A DNA stretch of 64,000 nt from Fusobacteriota bacterium (GCA_051746725.1 JBNJFI010000003.1:1-64000); one strand, 5' to 3'. Numbered from the stretch's first letter, positions 31,711-42,175 are shown. Notes: generated by a model from the sequence alone, not told the origin. Made by a program: numbers and translations.

Positions 31711-33111
31711 GTGAAAAGTTTAGCAGTTAGAATTAAAAAAAATGCAACTAAGAAATTACAAAAGACGTTTAAGAAACATGATTATGAAATTAATTTTATA
31801 GATGAATTAGAAGAAATGTTTAATATAATTGAAGATGGGAATACTGATGTTGTTATTTTAGATGGGGATCATTATAAATATGCAGAATTAATTGAAATAA
31901 TAAAAAAAATAAAAACAGCTTCAAAAAAGGTTATAGTACTTGTTATAGGAGAACGAAGTTCTTTTAAAATTGTAGCTGGTTCAATTAAAAATGGAGCATA
32001 TGATTATATATTAAAACCTATTGACTCTGTAAAAATCATGAAAATAGCTGAAAGAGCTATTAAAAACCAAAAGATTAAATCGGAAAAAGTTAAAGGCGAA
32101 AATATGATTTTAAAAGAAGATAAAATCATTGGAACCACAAAAGAAATGGTTAATATATATAAATTAATAGGAAAAGTTTCAGAAAGCAGCATAACTACTT
32201 TAATTAATGGTGAAAGTGGTACAGGAAAGGAATTAATAGCAAAAGCTATACATAATTTTAGTGCTAATAAAAATATGCCTTTTGTTAAGATGAATTGCAC
32301 ATCAACGACAATGAAATCTTTCGAAAAAGAACTTTTTGGATATAAAACGGATGAGCATAACCAAAAATTAAGTAAATTTGAACTTGCTTATGGAGGAACT
32401 TTATTTTTAGAAGAGGTTTGTAATCTTGATTTGGAAATGCAATCTAAGCTATTAGAAACTATACAAAAAAATACGTTTCATAGAATCGGAGATACAAAGG
32501 AAAGAAAGCTTAATACAAGGATCATAGCATCATCAACTAAAAACTTAGAAGATATGATAGTAGAAGGAACTTTTAGAGATGATCTTTATCATAGATTAAA
32601 AGTAGTAGAATTTAACCTGCCTCCTTTAAGAGAAAGAAAAGATGATATAACACTTTTGATTAATTATTGGAGAAATTACTTTAATGATGTTTTAGAAAAA
32701 GATATTAAAGGTGTATCAAAATCAGCTATGAAAAAAATGATGAGATATGATTGGCCTGGAAATATAAGTGAACTAAAAAATGCAGTAAAAAGCGCAATGG
32801 CAATTTGTAGAGGGGATACAATATTAATTGAAGATCTTCCTGCTAATGTTATTAAAGCAAAGATTGCAAAGCGACATGGAGATATGCAAGACTGGGTATT
32901 AGCTGATTGGATAGAAGGAGAGATTAGTATATTAGAACAACAAGATACAGATGAACCTAATTATTACAATGGAGTAATTTCGAGGGTTGAACGTGAAGTT
33001 ATTAGACAAACATTAGAAATTGCAAATGGGAAAAAAGTAGAAACTGCTAGATTATTAGGAATAACGAGAAATACTTTGAGGTCAAAAATGAATAAATATG
33101 GTTTAGAGTAA
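31711..33111 (+). CDS. NtrC-like regulator (REC - AAA+ - Fis HTH), degenerate and lacking GAFTGA
   Basis: GAYDYILKP, GESGTGKE, FRDDLYHRL, LPPLRER, TARLLGITRNTLRSK. Confidence 0.85.
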   Translation: MKSLAVRIKKNATKKLQKTFKKHDYEINFIDELEEMFNIIEDGNTDVVILDGDHYKYAELIEIIKKIKTASKKVIVLVIGERSSFKIVAGSIKNGAYDYILKPIDSVKIMKIAERAIKNQKIKSEKVKGENMILKEDKIIGTTKEMVNIYKLIGKVSESSITTLINGESGTGKELIAKAIHNFSANKNMPFVKMNCTSTTMKSFEKELFGYKTDEHNQKLSKFELAYGGTLFLEEVCNLDLEMQSKLLETIQKNTFHRIGDTKERKLNTRIIASSTKNLEDMIVEGTFRDDLYHRLKVVEFNLPPLRERKDDITLLINYWRNYFNDVLEKDIKGVSKSAMKKMMRYDWPGNISELKNAVKSAMAICRGDTILIEDLPANVIKAKIAKRHGDMQDWVLADWIEGEISILEQQDTDEPNYYNGVISRVEREVIRQTLEIANGKKVETARLLGITRNTLRSKMNKYGLE

Positions 33112-33123
33112 AGGAGCTACGTA

Positions 33124-34599
33124 ATGTATAAAACATTATATAGAAAATATAGGCCTAAAAATTTTAATGAGATATATGGAGAAGATGATATAATAAGGGC
33201 TTTACAAAATAGTTTGAAAAATGATCAAACATCACATGCTTACTTATTTACAGGTCCAAGAGGAATAGGGAAAACTACAACTGCTCGACTAATGGCAAAG
33301 GCTTTAAACTGTGAAACAGGAGTAACAGATTCTCCTTGCAATAAGTGTAAAAATTGCAAAGGAATTGACAATGGAAACTTTTTTGATCTAATTGAAATTG
33401 ATGCTGCATCCAATCGAGGAATTGATAAAATTAGAGAATTAAAAGAAAAAGTTAATTATAAACCTGTAGAAGGAAGAAAAAAAGTTTATATAATAGATGA
33501 GGTTCATATGCTTACAAAGGAAGCTTTTAATGCTCTTTTAAAAACTTTGGAAGAACCTCCTGAATATGTTGTGTTTGTTTTAGCAACAACAGAACCTTCA
33601 AAAATATTAGATACTATTATATCAAGATGCCAAAGATATGATTTTAAACCTTTAAGCCAGGAAAAAACAGTTGAAGCATTAATGGAAATAAGCAAAAAAG
33701 AAAATATTAATATCGATATAGAAAGCCTGGAATTGATTCATATAAAATCTGGTGGAAGTTTGAGAGATGGAATCTCGATATTAGAAAAAGTTATTGCTTT
33801 TTATTATTCAGAAGATATTGATATTACAAAGACAGAAAAAGCATTAGGGGTTATACCGAGAAAAAAGCTGGAAGAGTTTTTTGGAATAATCCAGGATAAA
33901 ACAAAAACAGAAGGCTTATCATTTTTAGATAAGCTTTGGAGTGAAGGCATAGATATAGAAGAATTTTTAAAGGATTTTTCATTTTATATAAAAAATAAGA
34001 TGATCAAATCTGAAGATGAATTAGAAATAGAATTATATATTGAAATGATAGAAAATATTTATGGAGTTATCGATAAATTTAAATATGAGGAAGATAAAAG
34101 GTTATTAGGATATTTAATATTATATAAATTAATGAGAGATAATAAAAATATTGAAAACCAAAAAAAAGTTACTTCACAGATCAACAGACAAGTTCAGCAA
34201 GAATCTCAAATAGAGGAAAGTCCTGTTGAAACTAAAAAAAATAATGTTAATATTCAGACTCCAATAAAGAACATAAAGAAAAAATGGGATGGTGTTTTAA
34301 AAGAGCTTAAGTCTCAAAAAATCTCTCTTTATGCTTTTTTGAATTCTGCATATCCAGATAGAATTCAAGACTCAAAGTTAGTTATTATTTTTCCATTTGA
34401 AAATAAATTTCATAAAACTTCCATGGAAAAGAGGAAAAATTATGATATTTTTTTAAAAATACTAGAAGACTTTTTTGGTGAAAGAATACAAGTAGAGTTT
34501 GAAATTGAAAATGGAAATTTAAAAAAGAAAAAAACTGATAATAAAATTTTAGATGATATAATAGACTTTTTTGATGGTGAAATCGTTGATATGAAATAG
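33124..34599 (+). CDS. dnaX: DNA polymerase III subunit gamma/tau
   Basis: LYRKYRP, GPRGIGKTT, Zn-binding Cys, EIDAASN, DEVHML, SRC. Confidence 0.95.
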   Translation: MYKTLYRKYRPKNFNEIYGEDDIIRALQNSLKNDQTSHAYLFTGPRGIGKTTTARLMAKALNCETGVTDSPCNKCKNCKGIDNGNFFDLIEIDAASNRGIDKIRELKEKVNYKPVEGRKKVYIIDEVHMLTKEAFNALLKTLEEPPEYVVFVLATTEPSKILDTIISRCQRYDFKPLSQEKTVEALMEISKKENINIDIESLELIHIKSGGSLRDGISILEKVIAFYYSEDIDITKTEKALGVIPRKKLEEFFGIIQDKTKTEGLSFLDKLWSEGIDIEEFLKDFSFYIKNKMIKSEDELEIELYIEMIENIYGVIDKFKYEEDKRLLGYLILYKLMRDNKNIENQKKVTSQINRQVQQESQIEESPVETKKNNVNIQTPIKNIKKKWDGVLKELKSQKISLYAFLNSAYPDRIQDSKLVIIFPFENKFHKTSMEKRKNYDIFLKILEDFFGERIQVEFEIENGNLKKKKTDNKILDDIIDFFDGEIVDMK

Positions 34600-34617
34600 G
34601 TTTCAAAAAAGGGGGAG

Positions 34618-36315
34618 ATGAAAATGGGATCTTATATGGAATATATGTATTTAGAAAATTTAAGTACAAGGATGAGTTTGGATGAAAAGCTAAATGACAT
34701 AAAACAGTTAGGAAAGTTAAGAAGTAAAGTTGCCATTCCAAAGTTAACAGAGTTAGCAAAAAATCCAGATCAAACTAAACAGATCAGAACTACTTCAATT
34801 TTAGCTTTAATTGAAATTGGAGATCACTCTTTTCTAAAGGAGTTTGTGCCTTTTTCTGAGATCGAGGATCAAGATATTTTGGAATTACTTATAATAGCAA
34901 TAGGTAAATTACATGCAATAGAACTTTTACCAGAATATAGTTCATTTATAGACTCTAAAAATAAAGATTTAAAACTTAAAATCCTAGATATTTTAAAGGG
35001 ATTTGAAGATATTATAGCTGTAAAAGTTCTATTAGAATTTGTAAAAGATAAAGATTCCGAAATAAGAAATATCGCTAAAAACATTTTAAAGGAATCTAAA
35101 ACTTTTCAAAATTATGTAACCCAATTAGATGAAACAGAAACACTTAATGTTATTACGTTAATTCCCAAACGTGAAGCTGAAAAATTAATTAATAAAATGA
35201 TAAAAGAGACAGAAGACAAAAGAATTTTAAAAATATTGATTTCAGCTATAGGAGATTTGAAGTTAGAACATTCATTTAATTTATTAAAGAATTTATATAA
35301 AGTTCATGATATAAAAAGTCTGAGGCTTCATATAATAGATGCCTTAAATAAAACTAAAGATTTAAGGCATAAAGAATTTTACCTAGATTTACTTAATGCT
35401 CCAAATATAAATAGAGAGATTAAAGCAAAATTAATTTTTGCTTTAGAAAAATATCTTGATGATAGAGTAGTAGTAGAAGAAATTTTTGAAATAATCGAGA
35501 ACAGTTCTCAATGGTGGATGTTAAGAAAAGTCTCTATCTTAGTCTTATCTAATAATTTAAATAAGAAAGATCTAGATAGGTTATTAGAAATATTGGAGAC
35601 TGAAAAAGATAGTAGAGTTATTAGAACTCTTATTGAAGTCATGGGAGAAGCTGGCGTATTTGAAGAAGAAAAATATATTAATATTGGTAGAAAATATTTA
35701 GATTCAGAAAGCAGTAGTGTCAAAAAAGTTACGATATTAGCTCTTTCAAAATTAGGAGATAAAAGTGTATTGGAAATTTTATTAAGAGATGAAAAGCTTC
35801 GAATTCAAATGTTGCCAGATTCTTTAAAAGCACTTACTAATTTTAATGATCCTAGAATAATTGAGATTCTTTTAGATAATTTAAATTCAGATGATGATGA
35901 ATTAATAAAAATTTCAATTAATGGTTTGGCTCAATATAATGACAAAAAAATTGAAGAAAAGTTAATTAGATTTATACAAAAAGATGATACTAAAAGAGAA
36001 TATAAAACAAAATTAATTATGATATTATCTAATTATAAAACTGAAAAAGTTTCTAAGCTCTTCAAAAATATTTTGAATGATGAATCAGCATGGTGGATGC
36101 TAAAAAAAGTAGTAATTATAGCCATTGGAGAGCAAGAAAACTATAATTTGATAAAATCTATAATAAAGCACACTAAAAATTTAGATTCTCGAATATCAAA
36201 AAATGCAAAATATGTAGCAAAGCAATTTTATACAAATAAGTTATTAAGTGAGATAAAAGATAAAAAAAATCTTTATAATTTTGCCAAGGAATATATAGAA
36301 ATATTTTCGTCATAA
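34618..36315 (+). CDS. HEAT-repeat protein (565 aa)
   Basis: Repeated R..AI.ALG.IGD-type helical pairs; duplicated WWML(R/K)K motif. Confidence 0.75.
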   Translation: MKMGSYMEYMYLENLSTRMSLDEKLNDIKQLGKLRSKVAIPKLTELAKNPDQTKQIRTTSILALIEIGDHSFLKEFVPFSEIEDQDILELLIIAIGKLHAIELLPEYSSFIDSKNKDLKLKILDILKGFEDIIAVKVLLEFVKDKDSEIRNIAKNILKESKTFQNYVTQLDETETLNVITLIPKREAEKLINKMIKETEDKRILKILISAIGDLKLEHSFNLLKNLYKVHDIKSLRLHIIDALNKTKDLRHKEFYLDLLNAPNINREIKAKLIFALEKYLDDRVVVEEIFEIIENSSQWWMLRKVSILVLSNNLNKKDLDRLLEILETEKDSRVIRTLIEVMGEAGVFEEEKYINIGRKYLDSESSSVKKVTILALSKLGDKSVLEILLRDEKLRIQMLPDSLKALTNFNDPRIIEILLDNLNSDDDELIKISINGLAQYNDKKIEEKLIRFIQKDDTKREYKTKLIMILSNYKTEKVSKLFKNILNDESAWWMLKKVVIIAIGEQENYNLIKSIIKHTKNLDSRISKNAKYVAKQFYTNKLLSEIKDKKNLYNFAKEYIEIFSS

Positions 36316-36336
36316 ATAAAAATAATACAGGGGGTA

Positions 36337-38031
36337 ATGATGACTGAATTAATTATTTTGATTATTGTTTTGATAGTAGTTTTATACTCAATTAAGTTGC
36401 TAAAGCAAAAAAGAAATCTCCACCAAAACCTAGAAGAGTTAAAAGAAGAAAATCGAAAATTAGAAAAAGGGATATCAGCTTTTCATGATAAAGCCGCCTC
36501 TTCTATTAATAAAATTAGAAATTTAAAAAATGAAAGTGATTTAGAGACTTTTCAAGAAACAATGCTTGAAATGCTTATCGATTTAGACTTTGCTGAGGGA
36601 GGATATCTTTTAGAAAATAAAAATGGTAAACTAGAACTTTTTTCTCAAAAAGGAGATTTAGAGATATCAGATAAAATATTAAATTTAAACGCAAAAGATA
36701 ATACGGATGCATGGGAATATTTAAAAAGAAATGAAGTGATACGCTTAAATGATCAAGATGAAAAAATACTTGATTTCATTTTGCAAGAGATAAATGATGG
36801 ATATTTAATTACGTTAAAAGAAAGTCAAATTGACAAAAAAGATATTTTTAGCATAATTATAATATATGGTTCCCAAATGACAAGTACTTATTTAGAAAGC
36901 GATACCCTTTTTATGGAGTTTATCGTAACAGAATTAGAATTAATGATTAATAATATTTTAAAGAATAAAGAATTGGAAAAAAGTAATAAAAAATTAACTG
37001 AAAAACTGTATAATCTTATGTCGCTTAATTTTGCAGCAAAAATGATATCTTCGGAATTAGAATTTAAAGATATTTTTAAAAATTCTATAGATATGTTTAT
37101 GGAAATAGGTGGTGCATATTCAGGAGCCTTTATGTATAGCAACGAAGATAAAAATCAACTCATAATAAAAAGTATAGCTGGCGATTTAGATAAAAAATAT
37201 AAAAATCAAGAAGTCAAACTTTCAGATGAGACTAAGAAGAAATTAAAAAATGTAAAAGATATTATAATTTTTAATAAAGATGCTGATATGGAATTATCTG
37301 AAGTTAAAAATAATGAAATCATAAAAAATATAAAGGCAAAAATATATATTCCTATTTTTATAAAAGATTCTTTTTTAGGGGCAATTTTATTAGGAGAAAA
37401 ACAAAATGAGCAGCCATATTCAAAAGATAATATTGAATTATTAAATACGCTTTCGACTCAAGTGGGAGTTTCTTTAAATAATGCAAGGCTGTATAATTCA
37501 GCAATTCGAGATGGTATGACTAAATTATATTTAAATACATACTTTAAAAGTCGGTTAGCTTCAGAAATTTACAGAAGTAGAAGATATGATAGTAATTTAT
37601 CATTAATAATGATTGATATAGATCATTTTAAAAATTTCAATGATACTTATGGTCATCAAACAGGTGATAAAGTTTTAATTGAAGTTGCGAACATTTTAAA
37701 AGAAAATACAAGAAGTAGTGATATTGTTTCAAGATATGGAGGAGAAGAGTTTGCCATAATTCTTCCTGAAACGGGTATGGATTCTAGTAAAATAGTAGCT
37801 GAAAATATACGAAAAAAAGTCGAATCAAAAAAGATTAAAGATAAATCAAAGATACTTAGTGTAACAATTAGTTTAGGCATATTTACTTTAGAATCTGGGG
37901 AAAGTGAAATATCCGGGCAAGAATTCATAGAAAATGCGGATAAAACCCTGTATTATTCAAAAGAAAATGGAAGAAATCAATTTAATCATTACGATGATGT
38001 AAAGGAGAAATTGGATGGAAAAGATTCTTAA
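36337..38031 (+). CDS. Membrane-anchored GAF-domain diguanylate cyclase
   Basis: N-terminal TM and coiled coil, GAF-like region, D.MT.L, DIDHFK..NDTYGH..GD, I-site RSSD, GGEEF. Confidence 0.92.
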   Translation: MMTELIILIIVLIVVLYSIKLLKQKRNLHQNLEELKEENRKLEKGISAFHDKAASSINKIRNLKNESDLETFQETMLEMLIDLDFAEGGYLLENKNGKLELFSQKGDLEISDKILNLNAKDNTDAWEYLKRNEVIRLNDQDEKILDFILQEINDGYLITLKESQIDKKDIFSIIIIYGSQMTSTYLESDTLFMEFIVTELELMINNILKNKELEKSNKKLTEKLYNLMSLNFAAKMISSELEFKDIFKNSIDMFMEIGGAYSGAFMYSNEDKNQLIIKSIAGDLDKKYKNQEVKLSDETKKKLKNVKDIIIFNKDADMELSEVKNNEIIKNIKAKIYIPIFIKDSFLGAILLGEKQNEQPYSKDNIELLNTLSTQVGVSLNNARLYNSAIRDGMTKLYLNTYFKSRLASEIYRSRRYDSNLSLIMIDIDHFKNFNDTYGHQTGDKVLIEVANILKENTRSSDIVSRYGGEEFAIILPETGMDSSKIVAENIRKKVESKKIKDKSKILSVTISLGIFTLESGESEISGQEFIENADKTLYYSKENGRNQFNHYDDVKEKLDGKDS

Positions 38032-39076
38032 TAAAGGAGAAGAGGAAATATTAAAACAAATTAAAACCATAACAGAGTTAACGGCTGTTCCTGGAAATGA
38101 GATAAAGCGAGCTCAATATATCCAAAAGTTATTTTTTGAATATGGTAGCGAGCCACCTATTATTGATGTTCAAGGAAATGTTATAGGGAAATTATCTTCT
38201 AAAAGTTCCAAAGACCCGTTAATTTTATTTGCTCATCTAGATAGTCATGAAAATACAAAAAAAGTAAAAATAACTCATACTCAATTAATAGGAGATGGAC
38301 TTTTATCCAATGCAATTGGCTTATATAATTTAGCGCTTATGATTAACGCCTTAAAAGATAAAGAAATATCTAGAGATATTTTTTTTATTGGAACTACTGG
38401 AGGCTTAACTAATTATAATGGGATAAAATACTTTTTGAAAAACTTCAAAAAAGATATCAAGTCAATTATAAATATAAAAGGAAGTAGTTTAGGAGAATAT
38501 CATAATGCAACAAATGCTTCTATGGAAATTAAAGTTGAATTTGAAAAAGATGAGAGCTACCTTAAAAATAATGTTGTTTTAGGAATTGCAAACTTTATAA
38601 ATAAAATAAAAGAAGAAGAATTTAATAAGGATTTATATTATCATATTAATAACATACGTACTGATTTAGAACATATAAATATACCGAATACAGGATCGAT
38701 GACTCTTCGGTTAGAGGGAAAAACTTTGGAAATGATCAAAAGAAGTGAGTTAATACTCAAAAACATAAAAGAAGGAGTTTCACAAGAAGATAATATTGAA
38801 ATATATTTTACAGAAAAAAATATACATGGGGAAGTACTTGCAACTAATAATAAATTGCGAGATTACTATATTGAAGTTTTAAAAGGATTCAAAGTGAATT
38901 CAAAAAAAATTCTAAATTCAAATGAAATTGAAATTCCTTTACAGAATGAAATTGATTCCATTTCGATCGGAGTTGCAAATGGGGGATATACTAGAGATGG
39001 AGAAGAGACTCTTGAAATAAAATCTATATACACAGGAACCAAAATTTTATATAAATATCTAGATAAATTACTTTAA
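38015..39076 (+). CDS. Degenerate M20/M28 metallopeptidase-like protein
   Basis: P..E..RA, D..GNVIG and AHLD are retained; the Asp ligand, EE pair and C-terminal His appear absent. Confidence 0.65.
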   Translation: MEKILNKGEEEILKQIKTITELTAVPGNEIKRAQYIQKLFFEYGSEPPIIDVQGNVIGKLSSKSSKDPLILFAHLDSHENTKKVKITHTQLIGDGLLSNAIGLYNLALMINALKDKEISRDIFFIGTTGGLTNYNGIKYFLKNFKKDIKSIINIKGSSLGEYHNATNASMEIKVEFEKDESYLKNNVVLGIANFINKIKEEEFNKDLYYHINNIRTDLEHINIPNTGSMTLRLEGKTLEMIKRSELILKNIKEGVSQEDNIEIYFTEKNIHGEVLATNNKLRDYYIEVLKGFKVNSKKILNSNEIEIPLQNEIDSISIGVANGGYTRDGEETLEIKSIYTGTKILYKYLDKLL

Positions 39077-39106
39077 TAAATGATTAGAAATGAGGAGTTG
39101 GATTAG

Positions 39107-39580
39107 TTGAATAATGTAAAAATATTAGAAGAAATCCAAAAAGACATAAACAATGATAATGCTTTAAAAGGGTTAGAAAAACTAGCAAATTATACTGATG
39201 AAAATGGTCCTATTGATTTTCAAGACATAAAAAAAATTATATTTCCATTATTTGAAAGTGATAATAAATTTGTTAGAATTAAATTAACTGAAATTGCTCA
39301 AAGCTATAAAAGTAATGAAATATTACTTAAGTTAATAAAACTCATGAAAGAAGATGAAGATTACTTTGTCAGAGGTTTTGCTGCTAAAACTCTTGGAATG
39401 TTAGGTAATATAAGTGCTAAACCAGCTTTACAAGAGGCTTTAAATGATGATGAAAAATTTGTAACAGAATTTGCACAAAAATCATTGGAAAAATTAACAA
39501 CAAAAGTTTCATTTAATAATAAAATTGCCTCTTTAAGGGCAAAGATGCAAGAAAAAAAGAAGATGAGTAAAAATGATTAA
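39107..39580 (+). CDS. Small HEAT-repeat protein
   Basis: D.DYFVRGFAAKTLG, ALND.EKFV...A..SL; TTG start behind SD GAGGAG. Confidence 0.75.
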   Translation: MNNVKILEEIQKDINNDNALKGLEKLANYTDENGPIDFQDIKKIIFPLFESDNKFVRIKLTEIAQSYKSNEILLKLIKLMKEDEDYFVRGFAAKTLGMLGNISAKPALQEALNDDEKFVTEFAQKSLEKLTTKVSFNNKIASLRAKMQEKKKMSKND

Positions 39581-40394
39581 TTTTGTAATGAAAAGTTTTT
39601 TAATGTATATAGTTTCAATGTTTTTTCCAATAATAGGGTTTTTTATCCCTATAATTGGAATAAAGGAGTTTAGGTCTAATAAAAAGAATAATATTCTAGT
39701 TGGTCATTTAATAATCTCTTTTTTGATATTATTATTATTCAATTTAAATTTTGTGATTCATTATATTTTTATTTATGTTGGAATGGAAATTATATTTATT
39801 TTTCTAGATAAAAAAAATAATTTTAATATATATCAAAAAGTGATAATAACTTCCTTAGTATTTACTATTTTCATAGGACTTTATATAAAAATAAATATTA
39901 ATCAGATGGAACAAATATTAAATGAAACCCAAAATATATATGTATCAAATTTTGGTTTTGATAAGGAAAATATAGAATTAGTAATGCAAACTCTGGAAAA
40001 ATATTTTTTAAGCATAATTTTTATATACTTCTTTTTTGAAAACTATATGATTTATTTTATTCTCAAAAAAGATCAGAAGAGTCAGTGGGATTTTAATTAT
40101 TATTTATTACTCATATATATTTTAGTATTTTTTCTAAAGAATATATTGCAATATAATAATAATTATATAATAAATATTTTACTAATATTGAAAATACCAT
40201 ATATTTTTTATGGTATAAGAAAAAGTTATGAAAAACTAGAAAAAGTTATAAAAAATAAATTTCTAAGGTCATTGATGGTTATATCAGTTACGATGATATC
40301 TTATAATATTATGTTTATTATAGGGAGTATTATAAGTTTTAAAATTTTTAAGGAGGGAATTGAAGATGAAAGTAATATTACAAAAAGACATTAA
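39573..40394 (+). CDS. DUF2232/YybS-like membrane protein
   Basis: Multi-TM and very hydrophobic; directly upstream of and overlapping rplI. Confidence 0.6.
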   Translation: MINFVMKSFLMYIVSMFFPIIGFFIPIIGIKEFRSNKKNNILVGHLIISFLILLLFNLNFVIHYIFIYVGMEIIFIFLDKKNNFNIYQKVIITSLVFTIFIGLYIKININQMEQILNETQNIYVSNFGFDKENIELVMQTLEKYFLSIIFIYFFFENYMIYFILKKDQKSQWDFNYYLLLIYILVFFLKNILQYNNNYIINILLILKIPYIFYGIRKSYEKLEKVIKNKFLRSLMVISVTMISYNIMFIIGSIISFKIFKEGIEDESNITKRH

Positions 40395-40815
40395 GGGAAC
40401 TGGAAAAAAAGGTGAAATTGTTACTGCAAAAGAAGGATATGCTAGAAATTATTTAATTCCAAAAGGTTTAGCTAAGCAAGCAACTGATGGGAATTTAAAA
40501 AAATTTAAAAATAAGAAAAAAATGAAGAAGCAAAAAAAGAAAAGAATCAGACAGGAAGCAAAGGAACAAGCAGAAAATTTAAATGGTAAACAAGTCAAAT
40601 TAAGATTAAAAGCTGGTAAAAATGGAAAAACATTTGGATCAGTAAGTAACAAAGATGTTGCAAGTCGTTTAAAAAAAGAATATGGAATCAAGATAGATAA
40701 GAAAAAAATTGAATTAGAAGAATCTCATCTGAAAAATATAGGAACTTATGATGCAATAATAAAATTACACCCTGATGTAGAAACAAAGATAAAAGTTGTA
40801 ATTGAAAGTGTTTAA
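40366..40815 (+). CDS. rplI: 50S ribosomal protein L9
   Basis: MKVIL..D.KG.GKKG, GYARNYL, FGSVS, LHP. Confidence 0.96.
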   Translation: MKVILQKDIKGTGKKGEIVTAKEGYARNYLIPKGLAKQATDGNLKKFKNKKKMKKQKKKRIRQEAKEQAENLNGKQVKLRLKAGKNGKTFGSVSNKDVASRLKKEYGIKIDKKKIELEESHLKNIGTYDAIIKLHPDVETKIKVVIESV

Positions 40816-40844
40816 ACAGGAAAGTTAAGAAATTAGGAGGAAAA

Positions 40845-42170
40845 ATGGAAAAAGTAAAAACTCTGCCATATAATTTAGAAGCTGAAGAATCAATACTAGG
40901 AGGAATATTACTAAAACCAGATTCAATTGCCAGAGTTTTAGAAATTCTCAAAAAAGATGATTTTTATAAATTAGCACATAAAATCATATATGAAACTATG
41001 CTAAAAACATATGAACAAGGAGAAGTAATAGACACAGTTTTGCTAATAGATAAAATAAAAAAAGAAAATAATATCGATAAAATTGGTGGCGAAGAACGTA
41101 TATTTGAATTGTTAAATTCTGTTCCTATGGCTGCAAATATTATAAATTATGCAAAAATTGTAAAGGAAAAGTCAATATTACGAAGTGTAATCGAAGTTGG
41201 AACTGAAGTAGTAGAAATGGCTTATGAAGGAACAGAAGGAGTAGATAAGATACTCGACAAAGCAGAAAATATGATATTTGGGGTTTCGGAACAAAAAGAG
41301 AAAAAAGAGGTAGTATCATTAAAAGATTTAGTAGATGATGAATTTGATAGATTAGAACAGGTATATGAAAATAAAGGAGATGTTACTGGAATTGGGTCAG
41401 GATTTACTCAATTTGATGAGATGACTTCTGGATTTCATCCGTCAGATTTAGTTATATTAGCTGCTAGACCAAGTATGGGGAAAACAGCTTTTGCTCTTAA
41501 TTTAGCTTTAAATGCTGGATTGAAGCAAGATAAAAGTGTTTTGATATTTAGTTTAGAAATGTCAAATTCTCAAATATTTCAAAGATTAATATCTTCAGAA
41601 TCTCAAGTACCTTTGAATAAATTACGTAATGGTTATTTAGGATCAGAAGAATGGACTAAAGTTGGACTCTCTACTGGTAGATTAGCAGAAGCTTCTATTC
41701 ATGTAGCTGATATGCCTAATATAACTGTCATGGAGATTAGAGCTATTAGTAGAAGGCTCAAAGCTGAAAATAAATTAGATTTAATATTAATAGATTATTT
41801 GCAATTAATACAGGGAAGTGGTCGTGATAGCAGACAACAAGAAATCTCTGAAATATCTAGAAGTTTAAAGGGATTAGCAAGGGAACTTGATGTCCCCGTT
41901 CTTTCTTTATCTCAATTATCCAGAGCCCCTGAACAACGATCAGATAGACGGCCGATTTTATCTGATTTAAGAGATTCAGGTGCAATAGAACAAGATGCAG
42001 ATGTTGTTGTATTTTTATATAGAGATGATTATTATGATGAAGATAGTGAAGAAAAAGGAATAGCAGAGATTATAATAGGAAAACAAAGAAATGGTCCTGT
42101 TGGAACAGTTAAATTGCGATTTTTCCATGAAATTACTAAGTTTGGAAATCTTACAAGGAGAGAGAGGTAG
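40845..42170 (+). CDS. dnaB: Replicative DNA helicase
   Basis: AARPSMGKT, SLEM, DYLQL, SQLSR, DLRDSGAIEQDAD, KQRNGP; no intein. Confidence 0.97.
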   Translation: MEKVKTLPYNLEAEESILGGILLKPDSIARVLEILKKDDFYKLAHKIIYETMLKTYEQGEVIDTVLLIDKIKKENNIDKIGGEERIFELLNSVPMAANIINYAKIVKEKSILRSVIEVGTEVVEMAYEGTEGVDKILDKAENMIFGVSEQKEKKEVVSLKDLVDDEFDRLEQVYENKGDVTGIGSGFTQFDEMTSGFHPSDLVILAARPSMGKTAFALNLALNAGLKQDKSVLIFSLEMSNSQIFQRLISSESQVPLNKLRNGYLGSEEWTKVGLSTGRLAEASIHVADMPNITVMEIRAISRRLKAENKLDLILIDYLQLIQGSGRDSRQQEISEISRSLKGLARELDVPVLSLSQLSRAPEQRSDRRPILSDLRDSGAIEQDADVVVFLYRDDYYDEDSEEKGIAEIIIGKQRNGPVGTVKLRFFHEITKFGNLTRRER

Positions 42171-42175
42171 GATAA

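Noticed and set aside
40845..42170. Intein in dnaB
   Set aside because: Normal length (441 aa) with contiguous helicase motifs
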